Positions 24,253-37,657 of a stretch of 64,000 bases of DNA are shown here, piece after piece. The DNA is from Lama guanicoe (lineage: Eukaryota). Position 1 is the stretch's first letter, and each line of letters begins with the position of its first letter. The stretch spans positions 4,547,824 through 4,611,823 of the forward strand of contig MU054391.1 in NCBI GenBank assembly GCA_013239625.1, given 5' to 3'. The translations under genes were made by a program, and so were the position numbers. Below the pieces are notes generated by a model that had not been told where the DNA came from, did not search any database, and saw only the letters and a program-made list of their open reading frames with translations.

Positions 24253-25084
24253 CTTGCTCTATGAAACAGGTTAGCCATAGAACACTCTAGAAAATTACAA
24301 GAACAGAGTAAATAGTCACCTATTCAGCATAGACTCAGGAGAAGTAGACTGATTAAAAATGCCTTTTCTGATTAAGGCTGTCATCCGTGGTACCCGCTCC
24401 CCTCCGTCTGTGACCACTGAACTGTTTAAGAAGTGGACGCCCATCACTAGGGCTTCTTCGCTAAAGCACGCACAGTCAGGGAGGTGAGGGTAAAGGGCAG
24501 CAGTCAGAGGTCATCTGACCTCATCTTGTGTGCTGTGAAGAGTCACACCCACAGCAGCCAGGCCATGTAGTCATGGGAACTCTGCTAGAGCAACACCTGC
24601 CACATCTCAACGCATCCCATCCATCCCTGGACAATTCTACTCGTCAGTTGGCCGAAACCTGCTTCCTTGTCACTTCCACCCTCATAGTAGTTTGGCAGAA
24701 ATTGGAAAACGGATCTCCTGACTTCTTGGAAAAGCCCCCGCCATCCCCACAACCTCTCTCCTCCAGGCTGAGTAACCCAGCTTTTCCATCTGCAGCTCGT
24801 TGGTCACCATCTCGACACAGCACACTCCTAGTCACCTCTTCCAGCCACAGTCCCAGCTGCCCTTCTTGCATTTCCAGAGCCTCTCTCTTTCTCCTGTTTA
24901 TTTTCCATTATCAAACAAGTACAGTCAAGCCTTCCCCCAGTTTGGACACAATGAAGGCAGAGGAATTCAAGACACTAAACAAGTTGCTTTGCGCTATGAC
25001 TTAAGTCGTCACACTTCCTCATAGCCACATCTCATTTTGACCCAATCTCACTAACAAAAGGTGAGGTCTATGGCTCCGTGTAAT

Positions 25085-25210
25085 CAGCCCTGGACTAGAC
25101 CTCCAAGGACTGAAGGTCTGGTCCAGTGTCTGCAACTCCCTAGAATTTATAAGCTCACGGAACTTGTCCCATCTATGTGGGTCACTGTTTCTTCATCTAT
25201 AATATTTCTC
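25085..25210 (+). mobile_element. MIR fragment
   Basis: 'gccctggactagac...cactgtttcttcatctataat'. Confidence 0.5.
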
Positions 25211-25339
25211 CATTGAAAAAGGATAGCAGTTATTCCCCTTTCTGAGGTTAAAGGCTACTTTAAGAATCCAACAAATTCTCCAGTCCCTTTCCCTGAAAAA
25301 AAAAAATATATATATATATATTAACCTATGAATTGAGAG

Positions 25340-26400
25340 ATAGAGAAGATAAGAGGCAGGTGGCTTTCAGATCACTAAAATCATCCTGCATATTCTGCCA
25401 AGGAGCTTGTACTTCGTCCTGAAGACAACAAGATCCTAATTAAAGGTTTTAAACAGAACAATGGCACTATCATATTTTTGCTTCAAGAGATTAGATGGTT
25501 GTCAACATCGTGGAGAATGACCTGTGAGTTTAGCGCAGAGGTGTCCCGTGATGTAGAGGGCAGGGGCGGGGAACAGAGGGTGGAGGACATGAGAGGAGGA
25601 TGTTGCTTGTTAGGACCATCGCGACTCAACATGTGGCCCCTGAACCAGCAGCAGCACCCGGAAGCTCATTAGAAGTGCAGGGTCTCAGACCCCATCACAG
25701 ATTTTCAAAATCAGGACCCACACTTGGACCAGATTGTGTGTTGAGGGAAAGAGAGTCTTGGGCTGCATCTTAGGTAATAGGCCTAGGAGACGCCAAGGGC
25801 AGAACCAAAGTTCTGACAGTAAAAATGAAAAAAAAGACAACAAATTTGAGAGTTAAAAATACAAGGCAAGACTGAACAAATCTGATCACACTGGATGTGA
25901 GAAATGCAACAGAGGAAAGATCAAGCTGATCACGACTCTAGCTGAGAGCAGGGGCCGGGAATCCTGCCATTTGCTGAAACAGGGAGTACAAGAAGAGGAG
26001 GAATTCTGGAGACATTACCCATTTCCCCTGGTGGCATCTTAACTCGAGTGCCTATACAGTTTTGCTGGTCACGTTTATTGAGCCCTTGGAAACAGAGGGT
26101 TAGAGCTCAGCACACAGGTCTTTGGTGAAAGTCAAGATTTGGGAGTGAAGGTACAGAGATGCGACTTGAAGCTGGGGAAGATGGTGATGTTGCCTGGAAA
26201 GAAGGTAAAAGTAAGTAGAGAGGATACCATGAAAGAAGAAAAAGAAGAGGAAAAAAAAAAAGATGAGTACAAATTCTAAGACAAACCCCAATCAAGCAAA
26301 GAGGTGGGGCAGACGTCAGTGGCAGAGCAAGAACTTAGCGGAGGTGGGAGGTGCAGGATGAAGAGAGCATGTGGGGAACTGCCTTGAACAAGGACTGTAT
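25340..26400 (-). mobile_element. L2 LINE remnant with nested MER5A-like MITE (~25625-25740)
   Basis: 'gccaaggagcttgtacttcgtcctgaagac...aaaggttttaaacag'; 'gccatttgctgaaacaggg'; MER5-like 'tgtggcccctgaaccagcagcagcacccggaagctcattagaagtgcag'. Confidence 0.7.
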
Positions 26401-27506
26401 GGTGGCTACATGGGTTCCAGGCACCAAGGCTCATTATGAACCACAAAGCCAATAGTGAGCAGGCGAGGCAGTCCTCAGGCAAGCCGAGGCACTCACGTCT
26501 CTTTGGCCAACAGTGAACTGATATCCAAATGGCAGTTGGTGCCCAGGTATCTGAACAGCATTCCACACAATCCCTGCCTTCCTTTCGGTGTTCATCTCAA
26601 GCCATCGGGGGCCCCGGAGAAACCTGAGTGGCCTTTCAAGACACTCAGTACGTACTTGCAAAAAATCCCATTTGCCTTCTAATTAGCATTTAGCTTTTCA
26701 GCTTAGAAACCTGTCCCATGTTTTCCTACCTGTATTTAGACAAGCTGTAGAGAAAGTATCATATTTCATAAAAGGTGAAAAACCAAGAGAACAATTAAAC
26801 TGTCAGAGGAGGAAGTACTTTTGGGGGTTTAACACTGACTCCCTGTTGACAATGGAGCATGTTCAGGAAACCTTAATGACTCATACAGAAAACAAAATCA
26901 AGAAATTATTTTGTCAGAATGTGCAGATTTAATCTCTAGGGATTTGGGGAAGGGGCGACAGGAGCAGTTCTGCAATTACAAGTCTCACGGAGGTATCTCA
27001 TTCTTGGCAGTGAGGAGATTGTGCAAATTGAGAAGTATGTAGTGACAGTTGGTGGCAGAAATCCTAGAGAAAATGAAGTCTGCCAGGTACCCATCCGTGC
27101 ATGACAAGATCATCACAAATGCCTGGATGACTCACATTTCCCCTACACTGTAATGCTGGCCCTACAATATGTGATTCTTAAGATTTTATGTTTATGGCTG
27201 ATGTCACACACGATCTCAGGAGACACCAGCCACTCTTGTCCCATTCCCTCCTCTCAGGTTGAAGATTCATGGAGAGAAGGATAATCAAAACATTTGGGAG
27301 GTTAAAATGATACTGGGCGTTTTTGAGAGTAATAAACAATGAGAAATAAAAACCAAAATAAACAAACAAAAAAATGTGGCCGACGTTAAGGATCATCTTA
27401 GCAACAAACATTGACTGAGCCCTTATTTCAGGTAAGGGGAAGGGCTGTGTAAATCCATGCACAGTTGTTTCTTCCTTGTATTTCATAGCACATATTGATC
27501 AGGCAC

Positions 27507-28016
27507 TGTGTTAGCTGACTGCTACGCTTATAGATTTCTGCCTTCATTTTTACCTAGTGTGTGTATCTGTATCCAAACTCCCCTTTTTATAAGGACAGTG
27601 ACAGAGTACCACACACTGGGTGACTTGAACAAAAAAAATGTATTCTTTTGGAGGCTGGAAGCCTGAGATCAAGGTGTCTGTCAGCAGGGCTGATACCTTC
27701 TGATGGTCTGAGTGGGTCTTTTCAGTTCTCTCCTGTAGTTTCTGTTGGTTTGCACATAATTTGGGGGATCCCTTGGCTTACAGACCTCTGCCTTCATCTT
27801 CATATCGTGTCCTCCCTGTGCCCTGTGTGTATATCTGTATCCAAATTTCCCCTTCCTATAAGGTCATATTGGATTAGAGTTCACTCTAATGACCTCATCT
27901 CAACTTGATTCCATCTATAAAGACCCCATCTCCAAATAGGGTCACATTCTAAGGTACTGGGGTTTAGGACTCCAGCATCTTTTTGGGGGCAGAGGAACAC
28001 AACTCAACCCCTAGCA
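27507..28016 (-). mobile_element. MaLR solo LTR (MLT1C-like) with a duplicated internal segment
   Basis: TG...CA ends; near-TSD ggcac/ggctc; 'ggaggctggaagcctgagatcaaggtgtc', 'ccaaatagggtcacattctaaggtactgggg'. Confidence 0.85.
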
Positions 28017-28110
28017 GGCTCTTACTATGACCTTGGCACTGTCCTGGGTACCAGGTGGATAATGAAGAACAAATGAGAGACTGTCCTTGTCCGTGGAGCT
28101 TAGAATTAGG
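28017..28110 (-). mobile_element. L2 3' fragment
   Basis: 'cttactatgaccttggcactgtcctgggtacc...gtccttgtccgtggagcttag'. Confidence 0.6.
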
Positions 28111-29159
28111 GCAAAAAATGGATTCCATTTCTGCCTCAAGTGAGAGATGCCTTCAGTGAAAAGACTAAAGCTGTTCTAACTTTAATAATCTGTTCTTTAA
28201 AGATTTATATTATTTACAGTATATCAACTTACGGATTTATAGCTTGAAAAATAATCTGACCCACAAATGGGTAAGCCACAGTTACTGAAAAAACTTTGTG
28301 CCTATTTTATTTAAAATGTTTTAAGACAATAATTGTAGGTTCATATTTAAAAAAAAAATAGCATGACCATAAAAAGTCAAGGGACGTTCTGAAAACCCCC
28401 TTGTGAGAAGGTACCTGGATCAGTTGGATGGGCTCTAGTTCCATTCATCCAGGCTTGTTAAGTACTAGTATATTCCACACAATGTGTTAGGTGTGTGGAC
28501 GGTAAAGGTCTCCAGAAGGTAACAGTGATGCATCACTCATTGAGTATCAGACTCTGCACAATCTCATTTAATCCTCGTATGGTCACGGGAGCTCTACTTT
28601 GTCATCATGCTATAGTGGGGAGAAAGATGCAGAAACTGGTTCAAAGCCAGATTTCTCTTCACAGAACTTACTTCAGATTGCCATTCTGGTTTTATCCTGG
28701 AAATGTACTTTTAAATGTCTATTTCAAATTTGGTATTTAACAGGTTTATTTGGATACCATGCAACAAAATGCCACCTTTGCTATGCCTCAAGCCTGGGGC
28801 AGATACTGAGGAGGTGGAAAATGTAAACTAAGCTTGGTACTTGATGGCCTCCAGTGGCTCAGGGATGTTGCACCAGGAGTAATAGTAAAGAAAGTTGGAA
28901 CTCGACCACTAGGAAGTAGGAGAGAGTCACTCACACTGAAGAGTGGGGAGTTTGGGCAAGCACAAGGGTCCCCCAGATGGGTCTGCACTAGCTGCACCCT
29001 GTGTCATCCATGGTGGTCCTGGATATATCAAAGTCATCTTCCCAGATGCCACTGAATCCAACTCGTTACATCTGCAAGATGCTCCCCATTCAAGAATCAG
29101 CAAAGGTAGGTGACTAGGCCTCAAGAGAGAAGTTTTGAGGACCCTGATTTATTGTGGGG

Positions 29160-32100
29160 AATAACTAAAATCAATGACATTAAAAACAATAGAGAGAAAA
29201 TCAATAAAATTTAAAACTCATTCTTTGGAAACATCAATAAAATTGACAAACCTCCAACAAGTCAGAAGGCACAAATTACCAACATCAGGAATGAAGCACA
29301 ATATTTTTACAGACCCCGCAGACACTGAAAGCATAATAAACAATGAACAATTCTACAAACATAAGTTTATCAGCTTAGATGAAATAGACTAATTACTCAA
29401 GAAACACAAACTGCTACGATTCACCAGATATTGCACACATTATTTTAATACCACTGTAACTATCAAGGAAATTAAATGCATGATTTTAAAACTCCCAAAG
29501 TGGAAATCTCTAAGTCTAGAGTTTCTCCAAAAAATTCTATCAAATATTTCAAGAATAAGCAACATCAATTCTATAAAAATCTTTTTTTCAGAAAATGAAA
29601 GAATAAGGGATACTTCCCAATTCATTTTATGAAGGAATTTTCATTATCTGGTTGATAGGAAAACCAGACAAAGATAGTAGGGGGAAAAAAAGAGGAAACT
29701 ACAGACCAATACTCCTCATGAATAAGATGTAAAAAATTGTAACAAAATATTACCAAATAGGATTCATCTAAATATAAAGAGAATTATCTGCCATAACCAA
29801 GTGTGGTTTATTCCAGGTATGCAAGGCTGGTTCAACATTTGAAAATCATTCAATGTAATCTGTCATATTAAAAATCTAAAAAAGAAAAATTTCAAGGCCA
29901 TATCACTCGATGGAGACAAATCATTTGACAAAATTTAATACCAACTTATGGTAAAATCTCTTAGAAAAACAGGAGCAAAGGGGAACTTCCTCAGCTTGAT
30001 AAAGAACAACTACAAAAACCTACAGCTAACATTTTACTTCATGTTAAAATACTGAGTGTATTTTCCCTATAATTGGGGAAAAGGCAAGAATGTCCACTTT
30101 TATCACTCTTATGCAACATAGTACTGGAAGATCTAGCTAATGCAATAAGGCAAGAAAAAGTAAAATAAAATAAAAGTCATAGAGATCAGAGAGGGAGAAG
30201 TAAAACTATCCCTATTTGTGGATATCATAATTATCTATGTAGACACTTCCAAGGAATCTCACAAGAATCGCTCGCATAAGTTGGTTCAGCAATATCACAG
30301 GATAAGTAAGGCAAGTATTCAATAATAATTGTATTTCTATAAACTCTCAATGAACATGTGGACCCTGAAATTAAAGATACATTATTTACAATTGCTCAAT
30401 AAAAGAGCTATTCATGTATAAATGTAATAAAACATAGAGAGGACTTACAGGCTAAAAACTACAAAACTCTTACAAAGGAAATCAAGATGTAAGTAAGTGG
30501 AGAGACATACCATGTTCATGGATTAGAAGACTCAACATAGTAAAGACGTCAATTCTCCCCAAATTTACATTCAGATTTGATACAATTGTTATCAAAATCC
30601 CAGCAAGCATTTTTACAGAGAGATAAGGTCACTCTGAAGTGTATATGAAAAGGCAAAAGAAACATAGTAGCGAAAACAATTTTGAAAATAAATTACACTG
30701 TGCACAATTCGGAGACATTCCATAGCCATAGTGATCAAGACTGAGTGGTGCTGTTGGAGGATATAAGTCAATGGAACACAGCAGAGAACCTAGAAATAGA
30801 CACACACAAATAAGTCCAACTGACCTTTGACAAAGGAGCAAGAGCAATTCAGTGGAGGAAGGCTAGCCTTTTTGACAAATGGTAATGGAGCAATTGGATG
30901 TCCATAGGCCAGAAAGAAAAATTAAAAATTAAAAATGGGGAGCAAGGTATCCCCAGAAATCTTCAAGCACTAATAACAGAGTTCAGCACGATCACAGGAT
31001 ATAAGATAAATGTGCAAAAGTAAATTGTATCCCTACAATTTTTTCTACCTAAACCTCATAATGTATATAAATGACTCAAAATGGACACAGACTTAAAACA
31101 TAAAACTATAAAATGTGTAGAAGTAACACAAGAGAAAAATCTTTGGGATCTTGGACCAAGAAAAGATTTCTTTGACTTGACACCAAAAGGAAAATCTATA
31201 AAAGGAAAAACTGATGAAAGTGGATGTCATCAAATTTAAAACCTTTAGTTCTGTGAATGACCCTGTTAAGAAGATAAAAAGCCAACATACAGACTGAAAG
31301 GAAATATTTGCAAATCACATAGCTAACGAAGGACTAATCTCCAAATGTATAAACAGCTCTCAAAACTCAACAGTAAAAAAAAACAATTCAATTACAAAAT
31401 ATACAAAAGACATGAACAGACATTTCACTGGAGAGGATATACAGATGGCAAATAAGCAAGTGAAAAGACGTTTAGCATCAGTATCCATTAGGGGAATGCA
31501 AAAGAAAGCCACGATGAAATAGCACTGCACACTCATCAGAACAGTTAAAAGAAGTAGTGACAACACCAAATGCTGGCGAGGACGTGGAGAAGCATCATAC
31601 ATTGTTCACGGCAATATAAAAGGCTACAAACCACTTTTTTTTTGGAAAACAGTTCAGCAGTTTCTTAAAAAACTAAACGTATCACTACCACACACCCAGC
31701 ATTCGCACTCCTGGGCATTCATCCCAGAGAAACAAAAACTGATGTTCATTCAAACCCTTTACTCATAATAGCAAAAACCTGGAATAGCCCAGATGTCCTT
31801 CAACGGGTAAATGTTTAGACACACTGTGGCACATCCTCATCGTGGAACGACACTGCCAGCAATACAAAGAGCACCAGCAATACAAAGCGCGCACCACTGT
31901 TGTGTGCCGCAACCTGGATAACGCTCCAGAGCATCACACTGAGTGCAAAAAACGCCAGTCCCAAAAGGTTACGTACTCTGATTCTATTTACATAATATTC
32001 TTGACAGGACAAAATAGTAATAGAAGTAGAGAACAGATTAGTGGTTTTCAGGGACCACAGAGGAGATGAGGGTGCAGAGGAAGTAAGCGTGGCCATAGAA

Positions 32101-32292
32101 GAGCCACATAAGCGAAGCTCGTGGTGAGGGAGTTGCCCTGTATCTTGAGTGAGGCAATGTCAGCATCCCGACTGTACAATTGTACTGTAGTTTTGCAAGA
32201 GGCTAGCAATCAGGAAAACTGGGTCAAGGCATCTTTCTGTATTATTTCTTACATGTGAATCTACAATGATCTGAAAAGAAAACGTTTGATTA
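29160..32292 (+). mobile_element. L1 (L1MD-type), ~3.1 kb: ORF2 reverse transcriptase region to 3'UTR, decayed
   Basis: RT-region 'ccaagtgtggtttattccaggtatgcaaggctggttcaacatttgaaaatca' and 'ctatttgtggatatcataattatctatgtag' (decayed LFADDMI); 3'UTR 'tgtagttttgcaagaggc...aaactgggtcaagg'. Confidence 0.9.
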
Positions 32293-32334
32293 AACAATAG
32301 CTTAATTCGTAAAAGTGCAAAAGACTTACAGACT

Positions 32335-32482
32335 GCATATTTATCTGTTTACTTTTCTGTCTCCCCACCCCATGGGCGGAATGCAAGTGACAAGAGCCAA
32401 GACCCAGGACGTTTTGGTCATTTCTGTGCCTCCTTCACAAAAGCAGTCTGGGGGACAGAGGACACAAATCCTTGTTGAATAT
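32335..32482 (+). mobile_element. L2 3' end
   Basis: 'ctgtctcccc...gaatgcaagtgacaagagc...ttggtcatttctgtgcctcc...ttgttgaat'. Confidence 0.6.
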
Positions 32483-32759
32483 CAAATCAAGGCAGGGATG
32501 TTGACTACAGAGCGGCACTGATGGAGCAGGGGATGCCAGACTGGAACTTAGGGAAGAATTCAGGTGGGGCAGGGTCTGCCCAGGCCTTAAACCATGCTGC
32601 CTGGTTCACAGGCGCCTTCCCTGGCTCTGATCCGGAAATCTTCAAGAAACCTGGAGATAACACACACCAAATACTCACCACCACAACCCTATCTTAGGAA
32701 ACATGCCATTGGGTTTGCCTTTAGAAAGTATCATTAAAGTTGTACCCTATAATAAAAAC

Positions 32760-33000
32760 AACGGCAGCTGACACTTACTGAACCTTTACAACGTGGTGGG
32801 CAAAATGCTAAGCACTTATCTTTTTTCCCACAGAAGCCATACAACTCAGTAATACAAGTCAGTAATACTGTTATTCTCATTTTAGGAAACTAAGGTGGAC
32901 AGACGTTAAGAAATTCACTGAAAGTTACAGGCCACCAAGCGCTGGGAGAGCTATGTGTCCAAGCCCCAGGTCCCACCCCGGAGCCCTTTAAACCAATATG
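32760..33000 (-). mobile_element. MIR SINE
   Basis: 'gctgacacttactgaac...tattctcattttaggaaactaagg...gttaag'. Confidence 0.7.
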
Positions 33001-33904
33001 CAGCGTGGTCTCAGCACGAGACAGAGCTATGAGCATCCATCAGATTGGCTACCACATAGCGCATGTGACATTTCCACAGAAGCCATTCTGAGTGTTTTAA
33101 GCCTAATCTTCCTCCTCCTCCTCTCCCCTTTTTCCCTTATTTCGTCAATCTTCTTTTGAAAGGAGCTATTAATTAATAAACAATTGTTAATTCAGAGCAT
33201 ATAGAAATATAAACACCAATTCTGTAAACCAATAAAGAAACTAGAAAAAGAACACCCAGGCCATGAAAGCAAAGAGTCATAAATCCCTCCCCATTTTATT
33301 TTTGTAAATAAAATGTTTTTAAAATTGCAATGCAAATTCAAATTTCCTTATGTATAGAAATTTATATTTTATGACATTTGGTACAACTACCTCATCAGTC
33401 CTGGTGGCCATAAATGTCACTGAGTCATTTTACCATCATAGAAATTTTCAAAAATTCTTAATCATTTCAAATACCTACCCTGAGTCAAAAGAGCGGGTCC
33501 TGAGGAAGGTCCTTGGATTTCTGAGGAGGAGGGAAAAAGGACAGGGTTGGGAGGAAATAAACTGGAGAAAAAAAAAGAAAGGGCTTAATTGTTACCTATG
33601 AAAAGTGGAGTGGATAGACGCCGGGGAAAGCCCTAGGAGGAGGGGGCTGGAACTAGGGAGACACAGAGGCTGCCTGAGCACAGGGCAGGAAGGGACTTGG
33701 GGACAGAGAATGGGGATCCGCAGCTGTTTAGAGGGAGCAGCGGGAGGAGGAACGGGCTCATTCAGGGAGGATTTTCAAGGTGCTGCCACATGGTGCACAA
33801 GGAAGAACGTTTCCTGGGTCTCCCACAAAACCCTTGAGACAGGAGGGAAGGGGACAAGGCACAGCCATTGACGGAAGGACACAGCAATTAGCACAAAGAT
33901 GGAG

Positions 33905-34075
33905 GGAGGTTCAACTCCCAGTAGACCTTGAGCCTCATTATCCGCTCATTGTAATACAGTAGCTGCTAAATGGCACACCCATGCTCACCATGAAGGCTCC
34001 GAAGCTGACCATGAAAGGTCAAAAAGTGAGTGGGGGCCCAATGCCTGGGAGTCCCAGCCCCTTGCCCAGTGGGGT
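33905..34075 (+). mobile_element. ERV1-type LTR fragment, related to the LTR at 46829-47444
   Basis: Reverse complement aligns with 47180-47340 (e.g. 'tgtattacaatgagc...gctcaaggtctact' vs 'tgtattacaataagc...gctcaaggtccact'). Confidence 0.75.
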
Positions 34076-34444
34076 AATGGCATTCATCCCCAGCGGAGGG
34101 TCACCAAAACCCAAGAGCAAGGCAGGCTGGCATCTCCATCACTGATGCCGTTGTCTGCTCCCACACCACTCAGAGTCACAGGAGAACTCAGGACCCAAGG
34201 GATGCGGCGGTAACTGGACCCTGCCCTGCAAATGTCACATGTCACACCATAGCCGTGAAGGTAATTAGTTCTTCCTCATCCCCTTCTGTATGTTCTCCCA
34301 AAATCCTCCGTCGTCCCTCCAGTGTCACTGTATATCTGAGCTATTGAAAATGTGTTGCATTTGTTTTGTCATTTCAACCTCACGTTCCAAAAACCGTGTG
34401 TGAAACCAGTGTTTTGACTCATCCTTTTCCATGTCATAAACGTT

Positions 34445-34570
34445 GGAGACCAACGTTTAATGTCCGGGCCGCTACACGTTTATGAATGGAAGGCAACGCT
34501 ATGAATAAACACGCAAAGTTTTGAGGCAAGAACAGACTGTCCTGAGCAAACCAGGCCATGCGGTCACACT
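34445..34570 (+). mobile_element. hAT-Blackjack MITE (MER81/MER94-like)
   Basis: 'gagaccaacgtttaatgtcc...gactgtcctgagcaaaccaggccatgcggtcacact'. Confidence 0.6.
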
Positions 34571-34847
34571 GACTAAAGCCTCCCGTTGCTGGAGCTCTAT
34601 TTCAGTGCACACGTTATTTTAAGGTAAAGAGATAAAAGCCGATTACTTCAGTGACTGATTTCATTTTTTTCCCCAGTCCTTGGCGTTCATCATGCAGGTG
34701 TTTCTAGAGAAGAGAAAATCCTCCTCTGGTCACTTCCTCTGTTTTTGTCTCGCAGGTCAGTTTTCCTCTGTGTGGGTTAGCAACTGCCTAAGTCAGATGC
34801 CTTTCTGTTTATTTTCGCTGAAACTTCTTTAATTGAATCTTGGTTTT

Positions 34848-34871
34848 GTTTTTTTTTTTTTTTTTTTTTTT
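34848..34871. repeat. Poly(T) run
   Basis: ~24 consecutive T. Confidence 0.9.
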
Positions 34872-35739
34872 GACTAGTGGAGAAATGTTACACTGTAGGT
34901 GGTTTTGGAATCATGTCATTTCCATCAGATATGGTTCCTTTTATTTTAAAAAATCTAGAGTTGCTATTTTGAGATCTAATTGTATGTCACTGAACGTGTT
35001 CATTGCTCACTTGTTTTTACGAACGCATCCTTACGCCCAGGCTGCTGGGTTAGGACACACCTGCTCAGAAACATTCTGTTCGTGCCAAAGTGTGTAAAGA
35101 AGAGAAGAGGGAAAGGGACTGTCAGGCATCACAGAGATGTAAAGAAGCAGGTGGACCCTCCCACTGGGACTGTGCACGGAGCCTCACCTGGGCTTCAGAC
35201 TTTTTACATGATAAAGGGAATTTATGGTCCACGAACATCATTTTAAAAAACAGTTTTGTGAATAAAAACAAACAAGGTGATGAGAATTCCATGGACAAAT
35301 CCAAATTGAGATTAGATTTGGGGAAAAGTAATGCCTTTGTTGAAAAGAACACAGACAACCTGATTTCACCCACAAGCACCATCAGATGGAGCAATGTTGT
35401 GTCCAAATCTTGCCCCTGCTCCCCACAGAAGTCACAGAGGGATGAAACTCTCTGTAACTTGTAAACAGAAACCAATGGAATGTCTCTCCCTAGGGTTAAA
35501 AAAATGCTTTGAAACAACTGGACTTGTCTGTATTCAAATGAAAGCCCCAGAGGTATAGGTTTGTTTTTTAATCTCTCTCAAATAAACGGGTGGAAAGGAA
35601 AGCAGTCATTTTAACCCGGAAAAAATTACGGTGGCAAAAAAAAAATGTTAATAACATAGGGAGGGCTTATTCTGTAATACTGACTTCAAATGACAGGAGT
35701 CAAATTAAATAGATAATACAATTTTAGTAAAAATTATTT

Positions 35740-35759
35740 ACACACACACACACACACAC
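35740..35759. repeat. (CA)n microsatellite
   Basis: acacacacacacacacacac. Confidence 0.9.
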
Positions 35760-37657
35760 CATTTGGTAACCTCCCTCTGTGAAAGAAGAAAGAAGGGAAA
35801 ACCGAAACATTCATCGTGGCTGCCCCTTGATTTTACAATCACAGATTATTTTTTCTTAGATTTTTTACACTTCGTAGAAATTGCCACACTTTCTGCCACG
35901 AGCTTATACTACTTTGAAAATACTTTTATGACAACGAAGAAACAAGTAAGAGACAAGGAACAACAGCCAAAAGACAAGCAGCTCCCCGACTGCATTTTAA
36001 ACAAGAAGTTTGAGTAACAGCGTCTGTCCATTTGCCCCGACACCTCTGTCTGTCCAACTGAAAAATCTATGCTATTTAAAAATTATAGGAACGCCATGCA
36101 CGATAGCATAAGAAAATTGCCATATTAACTTGGCAAATGCTATCAGACCTACGAAGATGGGATGGGTGGCTTTGGCCAGACGCCCTTTAACAGTGCTAGG
36201 TCGCCGGAGGTGCCACGGCCCAGCCTCCCGGCACAAGAAAACCACCGGCTCCTTGCTGGAGGGGCTCAGCTGGCTTTCCATGCTGTATGCTCTTTGGGCA
36301 ACACGTTCGAGGTGCTGAGTTCTGGTGCGAAGCCTGCAGGTGCGCTGTCCCATCACACGCCGCCATCCATCACCTTCATCCTGGTGGAGGAGAGCACAGG
36401 GATTTTCAGGCACATCCCTGATGAAGTGTATGCCAGAGCCACCTCCTCCCAGCAGCTACAGGAAACACGCACTGTGATTTTCAAAGACCGGCATGAAGCC
36501 TTTATACCAAAGAGGAATGTGCCATCAAAACAGCCACCACCATCCTCATCTAGAAGGATTCAGAATCTGCCTGGATCGGCTTTCTCCCAGCAGTGAAGAA
36601 TGTTCCTCCAGCTCCGTGCCATGTGCTGAATTCACTTTTGTCCATAGGACAGTTGAGCCTCTTCGAGGGCCAGGAAGCAGTCCGTGCAAGTGTTCCTCTC
36701 TCCAGCCCCTGCCCCCACTCTGTTTTAATGATAGACACGGACAGAAGGAAGGCATAGTGACAATGGAGGCTCCTTTGTCAAAGGAGAGAATAGCCACAAT
36801 AATGTCCCTTTGCAAACCTCACTGGTCTCCTGGTGATAATGGATCTCATTAGTGTGTGCAGGTGTGTGACCCCCGACTCCCAAGCGTTTGGTGTGTAGAG
36901 GTCCTGGAGGGGGGTATTTCATTGACTAAAAAAGGGGTGCCCTAGTCAATCATGTTCTCCCACCTATCTGTTACAGACAAGCTGCAAATCGAATGGGATG
37001 CTGTCTTTTCATCACCCCGGAGCAGAAAGGCCTGAACACACCCACAACGTCAGTACCCCTCCACCCCAAGGCAGGACCACACTGATGAACTTTCTCAGGA
37101 ACAATTGGTTCTATGAGCGAAAATTACAATAATCAGGCTGAGAACTGGGGTGGGCAAGTTATCGTGCTCAGATTTCAGAGACAAGTATCTACACGATCAT
37201 GAGGTCAAAGTGGCCAGCAAGACTGAGGGAGCTAAAATCAGCTTCCAAAAAATGTTTCTGGCCCCTATTTGTAAAGCTGTGCCACCAGCTTTATAAAGAA
37301 ACACAGATGTTTGACAGAATGATCGCAGACAGCACGCACCTTCTCTGTGCCTCTTCTTGGCACTTAATAGTATCCCGTGAGGGCATATCCTACCGGTAAG
37401 AATGAGATCTATCTGATTTATCTGGTGCTAGTTTATGTCCTCTGTCACACAGGCACCAGAAACCTCTGTCCGTTGACTCTTTACCTTAAGTCTTACGTGG
37501 AGATGAAGACCACGTAAAGGAGCGTGGCTTAACAAGGTGATTACAGCTCTGGCCTCAACGAAACCTATCCCCGCTTCGTAACTTAACACCGCAGCTTACA
37601 CATGTGTTACTCTGAGCAGGACTCGGCTGCCTCATCATTAAAATGGGACAGTAATAT

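Noticed and set aside
24640..24860. Possible CR1/L3 fragment ('ctctcctccaggctgagtaacccagc'); possible ERVL LTR pieces at 28780-29100 and 52910-53200
   Set aside because: Matches are too short or degraded to call by eye.
11050..32292. Similarity between 11050-12512 and 30700-32292 as a possible segmental duplication
   Set aside because: Similarity is limited to L1MD-type sequence and is diverged; independent insertions explain it.
34624..34756. Two strong plus-strand acceptor-like sites (34676, 34755)
   Set aside because: No convincing downstream donor, and the upstream donor would give a 53-nt intron, too short for a mammal.
36072..36596. Exon-like GC-balanced block with ORFs on both strands and a minus-strand acceptor at 36456
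   Set aside because: None of the translations matches a protein I know, the acceptor is modest, and no partner donor is evident. Not called as CDS.
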